From positions 96,001-160,000 of the forward strand of contig CAVXWP010000007.1 of the NCBI GenBank assembly GCA_963765495.1: DNA of 64,000 nt, read 5' to 3'. The notes beneath the pieces were generated by a model. The model was not told the origin of the DNA. It searched no databases and saw only the letters and a program-made list of their open reading frames with translations. This document shows positions 43,390 to 52,857 of this stretch, one piece after another (the stretch's first letter is position 1; each line of letters begins with the position of its first letter). The translations under genes were made by a program, and so were the position numbers. The DNA is from Blastocatellia bacterium (GTDB lineage Bacteria; Acidobacteriota; Blastocatellia; UBA7656).

Positions 43390-45111
43390 ATGAAAGTGGA
43401 CCCGGTCAAACTCGAAATATTCAAATCGCTCTACTCTTCGGTAGCCGAGGAGATGGGCGTATCTTTGCGGCGGTCGGCCTTCTCTCCAAACATAAAAGAG
43501 CGCCGCGATTATTCCTGCGCCGTCTTTAACAGCGAAGGCGTTCTTATAGCTCAGGGCGATCATATGCCTGTTCATCTCGGCTCGATGCCGATGTCTGTCC
43601 GCGCAGCCCTCGATCTGTTACAACTCGCGCCCGGTGACATAGCGGTTCTCAACGATCCTTACGCGGGCGGAACCCATCTGCCCGATGTGACTATGGTGGC
43701 CGCCGTATTCGGGGGCCAGGGGCCGGGAGCCAGGGCAGGGGCCGGGGGCCGGGGGCCGGGGGCCGGGGCACAAAGGTTAGTAGTCACTGACAGACACGCA
43801 ACAGCCAGGTTGAAGAGGTCGGAATGGAACACCCATAAGGGTACAAAACAAACGCAAGTCAAATACTGGCCCCCGGCCCCTGGCCCCCGGCCCCTCTTCT
43901 ACGTTGCCAACCGCGCCCACCATGCCGACATTGGAGGTGCGACGCCGGGTTCTATGGGAAGGGCCGAAGAGATTTATCAGGAAGGGCTGAGGATACCACC
44001 CGTTCGATTGATGAGGGGCGGGCGCATCAACGATGATGTGATGCGATTGATTGCGGCAAACGTCCGTCTGCCCGAAGAGCGCGAGGGAGATTTGACGGCA
44101 CAACTCGGGGCGATCAATACGGGCGCGGCTCGGCTCGTTGAAATAGTCGAGCGATACGGGTTCAGGGAAGCCGATCTTTATGCCTCGCATTTGATCAATT
44201 ATACCGCTCGGATGATGCGGAGCGTCATCGCCAGCCTGCCCGACGGTCTTTACAAAGCCGAAGACTTTCTTGATGACGACGGGTTTTCAGACGAGCCTGT
44301 CCGTATAGCCGTGAGCATCGAGATCAAAGGCGAACAGGCAATCGTAGATTTCACAGGCAGCGCGCCGCAGGTTCGCGGCCCTGTCAATGCTGTCGAAGCA
44401 ATCACGGTCTCGGCAGTCTATTACGTATTCCGGTGCCTTATACCTATGGACGTTCCCGCAAGCCAGGGGATACTCGAACCGATTAGAGTAATCGCGCCCG
44501 TTGCGACCGTGGTCAATGCCCGTCCGCCCGCTGCGGTCGCGGGCGGAAATGTCGAAACCTCTCAGCGAATAGTCGATGTGCTGCTGCTCGCGCTCTCAAA
44601 AGCCTCGGCTGGCGTGCCTGCCGCAAGCCAGGGCACTATGAACAATCTGACCATAGGCGGCGTAGACGCGCGCACAAATCGGCAGTTCGCCTACTATGAA
44701 ACGATAGCGGGCGGAATGGGTGCCCGGCCCTCAAGCGACGGGCTTGATGCGATCCATACTCACATGACTAATTCATTGAATACGCCCGCCGAGGCGATGG
44801 AATACGCCTATCCCATGCGAGTGCGGCGATATGAGATACGACGCGGATCGGGCGGTGGTGGCCGGTTTCGCGGCGGCGATGGGATTGTGCGAGAGATAGA
44901 ACTGTTAACACGCGCGCAGGTTACTATACTGGCTGACCGGCGCAAGACTCGACCCTACGGGCTTGCCGGCGGAGAGAAGGGGGCGCCGGGCCGCACGCTT
45001 CTGATAAGCGATAAGGGCGAACGGTTGCTTGCGGGAAAAGATTCGGTTCACGCAAGCGCGGGCGACCGTATCCGCGTAGAGACGCCCGGCGGTGGCGGGT
45101 ACGGAAAGTGA
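43390..45111 (+). CDS. Hydantoinase B/oxoprolinase family protein with in-frame repeat insertion
   Basis: SPNIKERRDYSC, NDPYAGGTHLPD, RAHHADIGG, QGTMNN, TPGGGGYG. Confidence 0.93.
   Translation: MKVDPVKLEIFKSLYSSVAEEMGVSLRRSAFSPNIKERRDYSCAVFNSEGVLIAQGDHMPVHLGSMPMSVRAALDLLQLAPGDIAVLNDPYAGGTHLPDVTMVAAVFGGQGPGARAGAGGRGPGAGAQRLVVTDRHATARLKRSEWNTHKGTKQTQVKYWPPAPGPRPLFYVANRAHHADIGGATPGSMGRAEEIYQEGLRIPPVRLMRGGRINDDVMRLIAANVRLPEEREGDLTAQLGAINTGAARLVEIVERYGFREADLYASHLINYTARMMRSVIASLPDGLYKAEDFLDDDGFSDEPVRIAVSIEIKGEQAIVDFTGSAPQVRGPVNAVEAITVSAVYYVFRCLIPMDVPASQGILEPIRVIAPVATVVNARPPAAVAGGNVETSQRIVDVLLLALSKASAGVPAASQGTMNNLTIGGVDARTNRQFAYYETIAGGMGARPSSDGLDAIHTHMTNSLNTPAEAMEYAYPMRVRRYEIRRGSGGGGRFRGGDGIVREIELLTRAQVTILADRRKTRPYGLAGGEKGAPGRTLLISDKGERLLAGKDSVHASAGDRIRVETPGGGGYGK
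43711..43895. repeat. GGGGCCR inverted heptamer element inside CDS
   Basis: gggggccaggggccgggagccagggcaggggccgggggccgggggccggggg ... tggcccccggcccctggcccccggcccct. Confidence 0.88.
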
Positions 45112-45208
45112 TACGTGATTCGATTTCTGATGCGTGATGCGTGAGTTCAGGCAGGCCGCAGGTTCAAGACTACTTGCAAGTCTGGTAAATCACGTATCAC
45201 GCATCACG
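45109..45208. repeat. TGATGCG-family palindromic element, copy 3 (reverse orientation)
   Basis: Starts at the hydantoinase stop TGA; core acttgcaagtctg is the reverse complement of the copy 1 core. Confidence 0.85.
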
Positions 45209-47392
45209 CTATACTTCTTCAAGGATCAGGTTTGAAGAATCCTGTTTGCTTCGAACTTCTTCAATCAGGTTTTGTACGATTTCAGTCAGCTTCTGGATGG
45301 AAGTCGGATTGAGAAACACTTTCTTGATACCGAGTTCGCGTGCAGTCTCTTTGTCTTGAGTGCGGATGTAGCCTGTGGCCATAACTATAGGCACATCCCG
45401 GCGAATTTTCTGGATAAGACGAATAAGCTCAGGCCCTTCAAACTCCGGCGGACATATCGGTTATGACTATGTCATAGCGGTCGGGTTCGGCGCGAAATGC
45501 CATCAGTGCCTCCTGAGGGCGGTCGAATCCGGCCACCTCATAGCCCTGTCGCTCAAGCATTCGCTTGGCCAGAAAGACGAGCGGTTCCTCATCATCCACA
45601 AACATGATGCATCCGCGAGAGTGGCGCGTTTTGCACTTTGACTCCGGTTTCGAATGCTCTACCCCGGCTTCGACCGTCGGGAAATAGAGATTGAAGAGAG
45701 TCCCCTTTCCCGGTTCGCTGTAAACGGTCACGGCCCCGTCATGGCTTTTCATAATGCCATGCACCTGCGAGAGCCCCAGACCTGTCCCTTCGCCCGAGGG
45801 TTTGGTAGTGAAAAACGGCTCAAAGATGTGTCGTTGTGTCTGCGTGTCCATGCCGCAGCCGGTGTCGCTTACCGACAGACGCAGATAACGCCTTGGGCGC
45901 ACGCCCATCGCCGAGGCTTCTTCGTCGCCGAGCATAACCTCAGACAAATCGATCTCTATCTGCCCGCCGTGTTCTTTCATCGCATGAGCGGCGTTCGTCC
46001 CGAGGTTCATCAGCACCTGATGAATCTGAGTGGGATCGGCCGACACAAGCCGGGGTTCAATGTCCTCATGGCTTGAGGTAATCTTGATCTTTGCCGGAAG
46101 AACCGCCCGCAGGAATCCGAGCGCCTCTTCGATTATCGGCTCCAGCCTGATGATCTTGCGCATCGTCTTTTGATTGCGGCTGATCGTCAAAATCTGCTGC
46201 ACTATGTCGGTAGCCCTATCAACGGCCTTCTCGATCTCGGCGAGGCTTACCTGCGCGGTATGTTCGATCGGTATGTCGAGCCGCGCAAGTTTTACATTTC
46301 CGGCAAGCGCCGCAAGGATATTGTTGAAGTCGTGCGCTATGCCTCCCGCCAGCCGCCCGATGGCTTCCATCTTCTGCGATTGACGCAGGTGGTCGGCCAG
46401 TCTCCTTTGCTCGGTCGTGTCGCGGAAGGAGGCCAGCAGCACCGGCTTTCTGTTCCTTTCCACCTGCACAACGTGCATATCCGCACTGCGGGTCTCGCCG
46501 TCTCGCCATATCTGGATTTCGCAGAATTGCCCTTCCTGTACGGAGAACCCCAGCAGTTCACCTATAAAATCTTCGCGGCTCTTGCCGAACATATTGTGCA
46601 TTCCTTTATTGTCAATCGTGTACTCACGAATCTGCTTGTCGTGCCAGGTGCCGCGCATCTTAAGCACGGTGAGCCCCCGGCGCATCTCGCCCTGCAACTC
46701 CACGTATCGCAGAAGGATGATCGTGTCGGTGATCGTCGAGATGTGCGTCTCGGTGATCGATTCGCCTCCCAGAGGCATCGAGGTCGTGTTTGTGAACAAT
46801 CCGGTTATTTCCTGATGCTTGATAAAGCTTGTGATGCCGATGACGAATTCGCGGAATGACTTGATTGTCGAAACGCGCTCAAAGGCCGACATGCTGTCTA
46901 CGGCTACGCGGCTCGGGTTAAAATCCTTGATGTCTCGTTTCATTTGCAACAGGTGGTCTTCAAGCCCCATGACCTCCGGGTATCGGCAGATGATTCGCAG
47001 CAACCCGTCTTTTTCAGCCTTTTCCAGATCGACGCCCCACGAAGTCGCGTTGCGTGTGAGTTGCTCGCGGCTCTCTTCGGCCCCGAACAAAATGGCGCGC
47101 TCGCCCGCGTTTATGGCCGCCTTTATGTACTCGGTGACCATAAGCGTCTTGCCCGTTCCGGTAGCACCGCTGACGAGGATGATCGAGTCGCGGTACATGC
47201 CGTGTATCCGTAAAGGCGTTCGGCGGCAGGATTCCAACTGGTGAGCGTTCCATCGAGTGTCTTTGTCAGAATCGCATCATCGGAAGATTCGATGATGGTT
47301 CTGTAAAGCCGTTCTCTTGTGGCCTGTTGCTCTTCGCGGCTTAGAGTTTTTTCGTTAATAACCTGCATAAGATTCAACCATTCATAAAGCAT
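45209..47392 (-). pseudogene. kaiC: Collapsed kai locus: PAS fragment / KaiC CII domain fused in frame to PAS-HisKA-HATPase-REC, frameshifted
   Basis: GATGTGKT, EES, HISTITDTIILLRYVE, KMRGTWHDK (46596-47201), then QSQKMEAIGRLAGGIAHDFNN; frame breaks near 47201 and 45449. Confidence 0.85.
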
Positions 47393-47762
47393 GGACCGAT
47401 AATCTTTGCCCTCGCCCTCACCGATATGCGGGACTCGGATTTTGTATCGGGCCAGTTATAGTACGCCGGTTTTCTTTTGGGGGCCGTTTCCATTATTCGG
47501 GGGACCTGGAACCAGCATTCTTCCACTCTTACTATATCCCACCTCTCTTATCAATGCATATCGTTGCCGGAGATCAAGTGTGAACAGCAAGGCCATGTAG
47601 TTCTCAGATGGGTTTGTTTGCGACTTTGCAGGCAACTATTTCTCGCAAAATCGCCAGGTGCCCTCGGTACGCCAGGAATTTCTAAATGGCCCTGAATCTC
47701 TGGATTTTTGCGGCATCCTTTACTTTTACAACCTGAAGGGGGCTTTGCTAAAATTCATACGC

Positions 47763-48464
47763 ATGCTCGAAGAGATAACAGAGCGACTTGCGCGGGTAAA
47801 CGAACGTATAGAGCGGGCTGCCCGCAGCGCCGGACGCAGCGCCGAAGAGATTACTCTCGTCACCGTATCAAAGACATTTGATCACGCAACGGTTCAGCAG
47901 GCGGTAGAGGCGGGCGCGCGCGACCTGGGCGAAAACCGCGTGCAGGAGGCGGTGGCTAAAGCGCCGCACATCAGAGGCGAAAACCTCAGATGGCATCTGA
48001 TCGGCCCCCTGCAATCAAACAAGGCCAGGGCGGCCGTTTCTACGTTTGATGTTATCCACACTGTAGATTCCGCGCGTCTGGCAGATCGCCTTGACCGCGT
48101 CGCGGCGGAAGAAGGCCGCCGCGTGGAAGTGCTGATACAAATTGACCTCGCGGGCGAGCCTCGAAAATCGGGCGCAACCGAAGCCGAATTGCCCAGAGTC
48201 GTAGAGGCACTCGACCGGGCCAGAGCGCTCGACTTTCGAGGCCTGATGACCTTGCCGCCTTTTTTTGAATCGGCGGAAGAGACGCGCCCTTACTTTCAAA
48301 GACTTCGGCACTTGCTTGAAAGCCTGAACCACAGCCGCCCGGCTGAAAGCAGGCTCACTGCTCTTTCGATGGGAATGAGTCACGATTTCGAGGTGGCAAT
48401 AGAGGAGGGCGCGACGATTATCCGCGTAGGCACGGCCATTTTCGGATCGCGCCAAAAGAGATAA
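47763..48464 (+). CDS. yggS: PLP homeostasis protein YggS
   Basis: VTVSK, GENRVQE, WHLIGPLQSNK, SMGMSHDF, RVGTAIFG. Confidence 0.95.
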   Translation: MLEEITERLARVNERIERAARSAGRSAEEITLVTVSKTFDHATVQQAVEAGARDLGENRVQEAVAKAPHIRGENLRWHLIGPLQSNKARAAVSTFDVIHTVDSARLADRLDRVAAEEGRRVEVLIQIDLAGEPRKSGATEAELPRVVEALDRARALDFRGLMTLPPFFESAEETRPYFQRLRHLLESLNHSRPAESRLTALSMGMSHDFEVAIEEGATIIRVGTAIFGSRQKR

Positions 48465-48526
48465 ACTAAAAGGAAATAAAGACCGGTTGGCGCGGGCGAG
48501 AGTTTTGCGCCACAATCAATAATGAT

Positions 48527-49114
48527 ATGGACTTAATCATCGCTGCGCTCAATTTTCTTGGAAAGATAGTCTTCTGGGCTACTATAGTCTTTGCGTCGCT
48601 GTTTTTCTTGCGCGTGATCGTGACCTGGATCGGAGTCAATCCTTTCGGGCGAATCACTTATAACCTGACTCGAATAACCGAGCCGCTCGTGCGCCCGCTC
48701 CGGTCTCAATTCAGCAACAGATACATGCGTTATGATCTGCTGCCGCTCGTGTTAGGAGTAATGATCCTCTTTATAGGATTGTTCATCGCCAGCATGATCT
48801 GGCAACTCACGGGGATATTTGCAAACATCGCCTTCACCCTTATGAGGGGCACGCTCACCGCCGGGTTCCTGCTTGGCAACCTGATAAACCTGCTGGGATT
48901 GCTCTATGTGGTAGCGATCTTTTTGAGGTTCTTTCTGCCGTTTTTCGGAGTCGGTTACAGCAACAACCTTATGCGCTTTTTGTATGCGATAACCGAGCCG
49001 ATACTAAAACCGCTTCGCCGCATCTTTGTGGCCGGAATGTTCGATTTCTCGCCGCTCATCGCAATGGTCATAGTCCAGGTGTTCACTACGGTGCTTGCAA
49101 ACATGCTTATCTGA
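48527..49114 (+). CDS. yggT: YggT family membrane protein (two repeats)
   Basis: ITEPLVRPLR / ITEPILKPLRR...DFSPLI; follows yggS. Confidence 0.9.
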   Translation: MDLIIAALNFLGKIVFWATIVFASLFFLRVIVTWIGVNPFGRITYNLTRITEPLVRPLRSQFSNRYMRYDLLPLVLGVMILFIGLFIASMIWQLTGIFANIAFTLMRGTLTAGFLLGNLINLLGLLYVVAIFLRFFLPFFGVGYSNNLMRFLYAITEPILKPLRRIFVAGMFDFSPLIAMVIVQVFTTVLANMLI

Positions 49115-49128
49115 ACCGGCGAAAATTA

Positions 49129-49419
49129 ATGATCGAACTCACTGAAAGAGACGGGACCGTTACGTTCGCGGTTCGAGTCCAGCCTCGGGCCTCGCGGACC
49201 GAATCGGCGGGCGAACAGTCGGGCGCGCTGAAGCTCAGAGTAACCGCGCCGCCCGTGGACGGCAAAGCCAATGAAGAGTGCCGCAGGTTTCTGGCCAGGT
49301 TGATAGGCGTTCCCGCCCGGTCTGTAGAGATCATTTCAGGCGATTCATCACGAAATAAAATCATCCGCATCCACAACTCAAGCGCCGCCCGTGTCCGCGA
49401 TGCGCTGGCTGATGCGTGA
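49129..49419 (+). CDS. DUF167 (YggU) family protein
   Basis: VRVQPRAS, APPVDGKAN, G..SRNK. Confidence 0.92.
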   Translation: MIELTERDGTVTFAVRVQPRASRTESAGEQSGALKLRVTAPPVDGKANEECRRFLARLIGVPARSVEIISGDSSRNKIIRIHNSSAARVRDALADA

Positions 49420-49499
49420 TGCGTGATCCGTGACGCAAGCAGGCTTGCAAGTCCGCTTAAACCTGCGGCCTGTCTGAAAGTCACGCATCACGCATCACA
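49410..49499. repeat. TGATGCG-family palindromic element, copy 4 (contains DUF167 stop)
   Basis: tgatgcgtgatgcgtgatccgtgac-gcaagcaggcttgcaagtccgcttaaacctgcggcctgtctgaaa-gtcacgcatcacgcatcac. Confidence 0.88.
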
Positions 49500-49508
49500 T
49501 GAACGGGT

Positions 49509-50330
49509 CTAATTCTTGATCGCATAAGTCACGTTGACCGTCACTCCGTCTTTACCGCTTACGGCGTTGACGACGGCCGTGCGCTTTTTGTTTGCGTCAT
49601 CGGCGACAAGGGTTCGCGACGGCTCTTCGCTTTGCTGCGTGAGGTTTGTGCGAATCTTCAGCCCGGCTTCTTCCAGCGCCCTTTGATAAAAGGCCGCGAC
49701 ATCGTCTATGGAATCATTTGTAGTAAAACTGAAGGACCCGCTTCTCCCGTCTTTGCCATCGGCCGAATAGTTGCCTCGAATAGTCGCTCCCGGATACGAA
49801 GGCAACCATTCGGGCAGATTTGCCGGGGCTCCGCTGCCCAATTTGACCGTGCCTTCTTCGGATTTCACCTCTACGCCGCCCGAATCGCCCTCGCCCTTTG
49901 CCTCTATTGTGACGGCTTCTTTGCCTTCTTCTTTAAACTCGATCTTTCCCCGGCGCGCATCTTCCAGGTTTACGGTTACGGTCTTGCCTGTCTTCTTATC
50001 CCTGACCGTTATGAGTCCCTTCTCTTCATCAACCGAGACGAGTTCGAGATCGGGGTTTGTGGCCGTTATAAATTTCGCCATCGCAAGCGCGGGTTGTTTC
50101 TCCATCAACTCCGGGTCAAGCCCCGCTTCCTTAGCCATTCGCGAGGCTTTTTGATAAGCAAAGTAACCTGCAATGGCGAACCCGATCACCGATATGATTA
50201 TTAGCGAGCCGCAGCCTAGCAGTATGTATAGCCATGTCTTCTTCTTTTTCGGCGGCTCGCCCTGTGGATACTGCGAATACTGCGGCGGCGGCCCGGGCTG
50301 ATATTGCTGTTGAGTATCGTAATTAGACAT
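49509..50330 (-). CDS. Single-pass membrane hypothetical protein
   Basis: Pro/Gln N-terminus, KKKK-TM, LPEWLPSYPGA, DDVAAFY; AGGAG RBS. Confidence 0.8.
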   Translation of the reverse strand: MSNYDTQQQYQPGPPPQYSQYPQGEPPKKKKTWLYILLGCGSLIIISVIGFAIAGYFAYQKASRMAKEAGLDPELMEKQPALAMAKFITATNPDLELVSVDEEKGLITVRDKKTGKTVTVNLEDARRGKIEFKEEGKEAVTIEAKGEGDSGGVEVKSEEGTVKLGSGAPANLPEWLPSYPGATIRGNYSADGKDGRSGSFSFTTNDSIDDVAAFYQRALEEAGLKIRTNLTQQSEEPSRTLVADDANKKRTAVVNAVSGKDGVTVNVTYAIKN

Positions 50331-50508
50331 TCACTCTCCTTAAATCATTTCGGCACACATCCCCGGAAAAAATCTCCGGGCTGCATGCGCTGTTCTTCGC
50401 ACGCGCTTCGTCTGAGTAAGGGGTTCTTCAGAAAGCATTGCAGAGCAAACATACCATCTTCCGAAGTGGAGGCCAACTCCGGGTCGTATCGGTTTGAGTT
50501 CAACAGTT

Positions 50509-50576
50509 GCCACAGAAGCACAGAGACACAGAGATTCTTTTATTTTCTTCTCTCTGTGCCTCTGTGCCTCTGTGGC
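50509..50576. repeat. Inverted 8-mer-array element (CACAGAGR units), copy 2
   Basis: gccacagaagcacagagacacagag ... ctctgtgcctctgtgcctctgtggc; flanks match copy 1 in reverse orientation. Confidence 0.85.
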
Positions 50577-50756
50577 AAATTTTCTCTCTCTTAACAGCTA
50601 CCCGGATTCTTTGCCCGCCTGTGATTAGCTTTGACAGGATCGCGCCCCGTATGCCACTCTTTTACCGGGCCAATCCGCTGATTGGCCCTTTGCAGTATGT
50701 AAGTGGAGTAACCAATAGAAAGGTGACACAGATTTTACAATCTGTTACTGAAAGAG

Positions 50757-51995
50757 ATGATAGAGCCGGCTAGAAGGACAGAGAATTTTCATTATGCTAT
50801 TCGCAATCTGGTCCGCGCCGCCGAGACCGAAGAGCGCGCCGGGCGTAATGTCATTTACTTAAACATAGGGGACCCGCAACGCTACGGATTCCAGCCGCCC
50901 GCCCTGTTGTCTGAGGTGGTCGCGCGTGCGCTCTCGGATCGCTTTACCGGGTATGCCCATTCGCTCGGTCTGCTTGAAGCCAGGGAAGCGGTCGCCCGCT
51001 TTGCGACGGCACTTGGCGCGCCCACCGGCCCAAACGATGTTCTTATAACATCAGGCGCGAGCGAGGCAGCCGACCTCATACTGACCGCGCTTGTAAACGA
51101 AGGCGATGAAGTCTTATTGCCCGCGCCGGGTTATCCGCTCTATTCGGCCATCCTGAGCAAGTACGGCGCGGTGGCGCGTTACTACAATCTGGACGGCGAG
51201 CGAGGGTGGCAGCCTTCTACAGACGAAGTTCGTTCGCTCATCAATGACCGCACGCGGGCGCTGATTCTGATAAATCCCAATAACCCCACGGGCTCTATCA
51301 TCCCTGATGAAATCACCGTAGAGTTGCTGGAACTGGCCGCCGAACACAACCTGCTTGTGATTGCCGACGAAGTCTACAGGGACCTCTGCTTTGGCCCGCA
51401 GCCCTCCCCCTCTTCGGTGCTGGCCGAGGCAGCGGGCGTTCCGCTCGTTACGCTTGAGAGTCTGTCGAAGACGCACATGATACCGGGATGGCGAGTCGGC
51501 TGGATGCGTTACACAAACGCGGACAAGATGCGCGATGTTATCGCCTCGGTCAATCGCCTTGCCGATGGACGGCTCTGCTCGCCTACGCCAACGCAATATG
51601 CCGTGCGGCCCGCGCTCGAAGAGAGCCGCGAGCATCTGGCCGGGTTCATGAGCGAGATCAGAAGAAGGCGCGATCTGGCTCTTTCGCACATAGCCGGTAT
51701 CGACGGGTTATCTTGCGAGACACCGCAGGCGGCGTTTTACATGATGATCAAGGCATCCGATCTCAACGGGCGGACGGATGAAGAATTCGTGCTCGATATG
51801 TTGAGGGAATCGGGTGTTCTTGTCGTACACGGGTCAGGATTTGGTTCCGACCCCGTGCAGGGTTATTTCCGGCTCGTATACCTTGCCGATGAAGAGATGC
51901 TAAACGCGGCATTCACCGGGATTCGCCGTTTTATGGAGATGGAACCGATGCGCCCGACCCCGGGTCTTGAGCACGCGCAGATAATTACCAGATAA
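50757..51995 (+). CDS. Aminotransferase class I/II (alanine transaminase-like)
   Basis: YAIR, LNIGDP, INPNNPTG, DEVY, SLSK...PGWRVG. Confidence 0.92.
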   Translation: MIEPARRTENFHYAIRNLVRAAETEERAGRNVIYLNIGDPQRYGFQPPALLSEVVARALSDRFTGYAHSLGLLEAREAVARFATALGAPTGPNDVLITSGASEAADLILTALVNEGDEVLLPAPGYPLYSAILSKYGAVARYYNLDGERGWQPSTDEVRSLINDRTRALILINPNNPTGSIIPDEITVELLELAAEHNLLVIADEVYRDLCFGPQPSPSSVLAEAAGVPLVTLESLSKTHMIPGWRVGWMRYTNADKMRDVIASVNRLADGRLCSPTPTQYAVRPALEESREHLAGFMSEIRRRRDLALSHIAGIDGLSCETPQAAFYMMIKASDLNGRTDEEFVLDMLRESGVLVVHGSGFGSDPVQGYFRLVYLADEEMLNAAFTGIRRFMEMEPMRPTPGLEHAQIITR

Positions 51996-52007
51996 CAAGC
52001 GCGTGTC

Positions 52008-52466
52008 TCAATCTTCCGGCTTCTGATTGCGGACGATCTCGACCGAGCAGTTTGCCTGCGAGGCCACAGCCTGCGACACCGAGCCGAGCAGCAACCGCGT
52101 GAGACCGCGATAGCCGTGCGAGCCCAGGACAATCAGATCAGCGCCCCAGCGGTCCGCCTCTTCCACGATGGCGTGTTTGGGATAGCCGTGAATGATCTCG
52201 GCTGTGACGACAGGCGCGGTCGTCGCGGATGAGCTGATACGCGAGGCCGCGACTTCAAGAGCCTTGCGAGCCTGTTCTTCACCGGCCTTTATTAGCTCGT
52301 TGTAATAATTTTCTGGCAGGGTCCACGTCTCCGAAGTAGGCATAACAGGCGGCTCGACCACAGAAATAATTCTGATTTCGCTTCCATCGGGCCACGGCCT
52401 GCGGCTCACGGATTCGACCGCCGCGTCGCTGAAGGGGGAACCGTCTACGGCTAATAGAATTTTCAT
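52008..52466 (-). CDS. Universal stress protein
   Basis: MKILLAVDGS, DLIVLGSHG, LLGSVS; GGAGG RBS. Confidence 0.93.
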   Translation of the reverse strand: MKILLAVDGSPFSDAAVESVSRRPWPDGSEIRIISVVEPPVMPTSETWTLPENYYNELIKAGEEQARKALEVAASRISSSATTAPVVTAEIIHGYPKHAIVEEADRWGADLIVLGSHGYRGLTRLLLGSVSQAVASQANCSVEIVRNQKPED

Positions 52467-52655
52467 CTCAAACCTCCGAGACAATTCTATCACTTCAAAC
52501 TCGAAGTCAGTCCAGAGGTAAAGCAATCATGCTACGGTGACGTTAACGGTCTGCACTTTTAGAATATGTTTCGTATCCAGTTGCATTGTGGCGTAATGGT
52601 TTGCTTATTCGTTAGAATGAAGCTGCCGATCAACGAATTGAAAGGAGCCGAACCG

Positions 52656-52839
52656 ATGGAAACTGTGAGCGTCGAACTACCGTTGCAACTGGCTGATGAA
52701 CTGCACCGGCTGGTTTCAAAATGAACAGGAAGCCATCCGTCTGGCTTTGAGCGAGTTTGTGCGCCGCAATCAATTCACGCTGATCGAACGTTTTCAGCGT
52801 GAAGACATCGCCTGGGCACTCTCTCAAAAGATTACGTGA
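52656..52839 (+). pseudogene. Frameshifted ribbon-helix-helix (CopG-like) antitoxin-like gene
   Basis: AAAGGAG RBS; METVSVELPLQLADELHRLV then, in another frame, GWFQNEQEAIRLALSEFVRR...REDIAWAL*. Confidence 0.65.
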
Positions 52840-52857
52840 CTCTAATCAGCCATCAAT

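Noticed and set aside
45438-47237. Intact functional 599-aa KaiC-kinase gene
   Set aside because: The first 12 residues are out-of-frame PAS sequence and the REC is frameshifted; treated as a pseudogene
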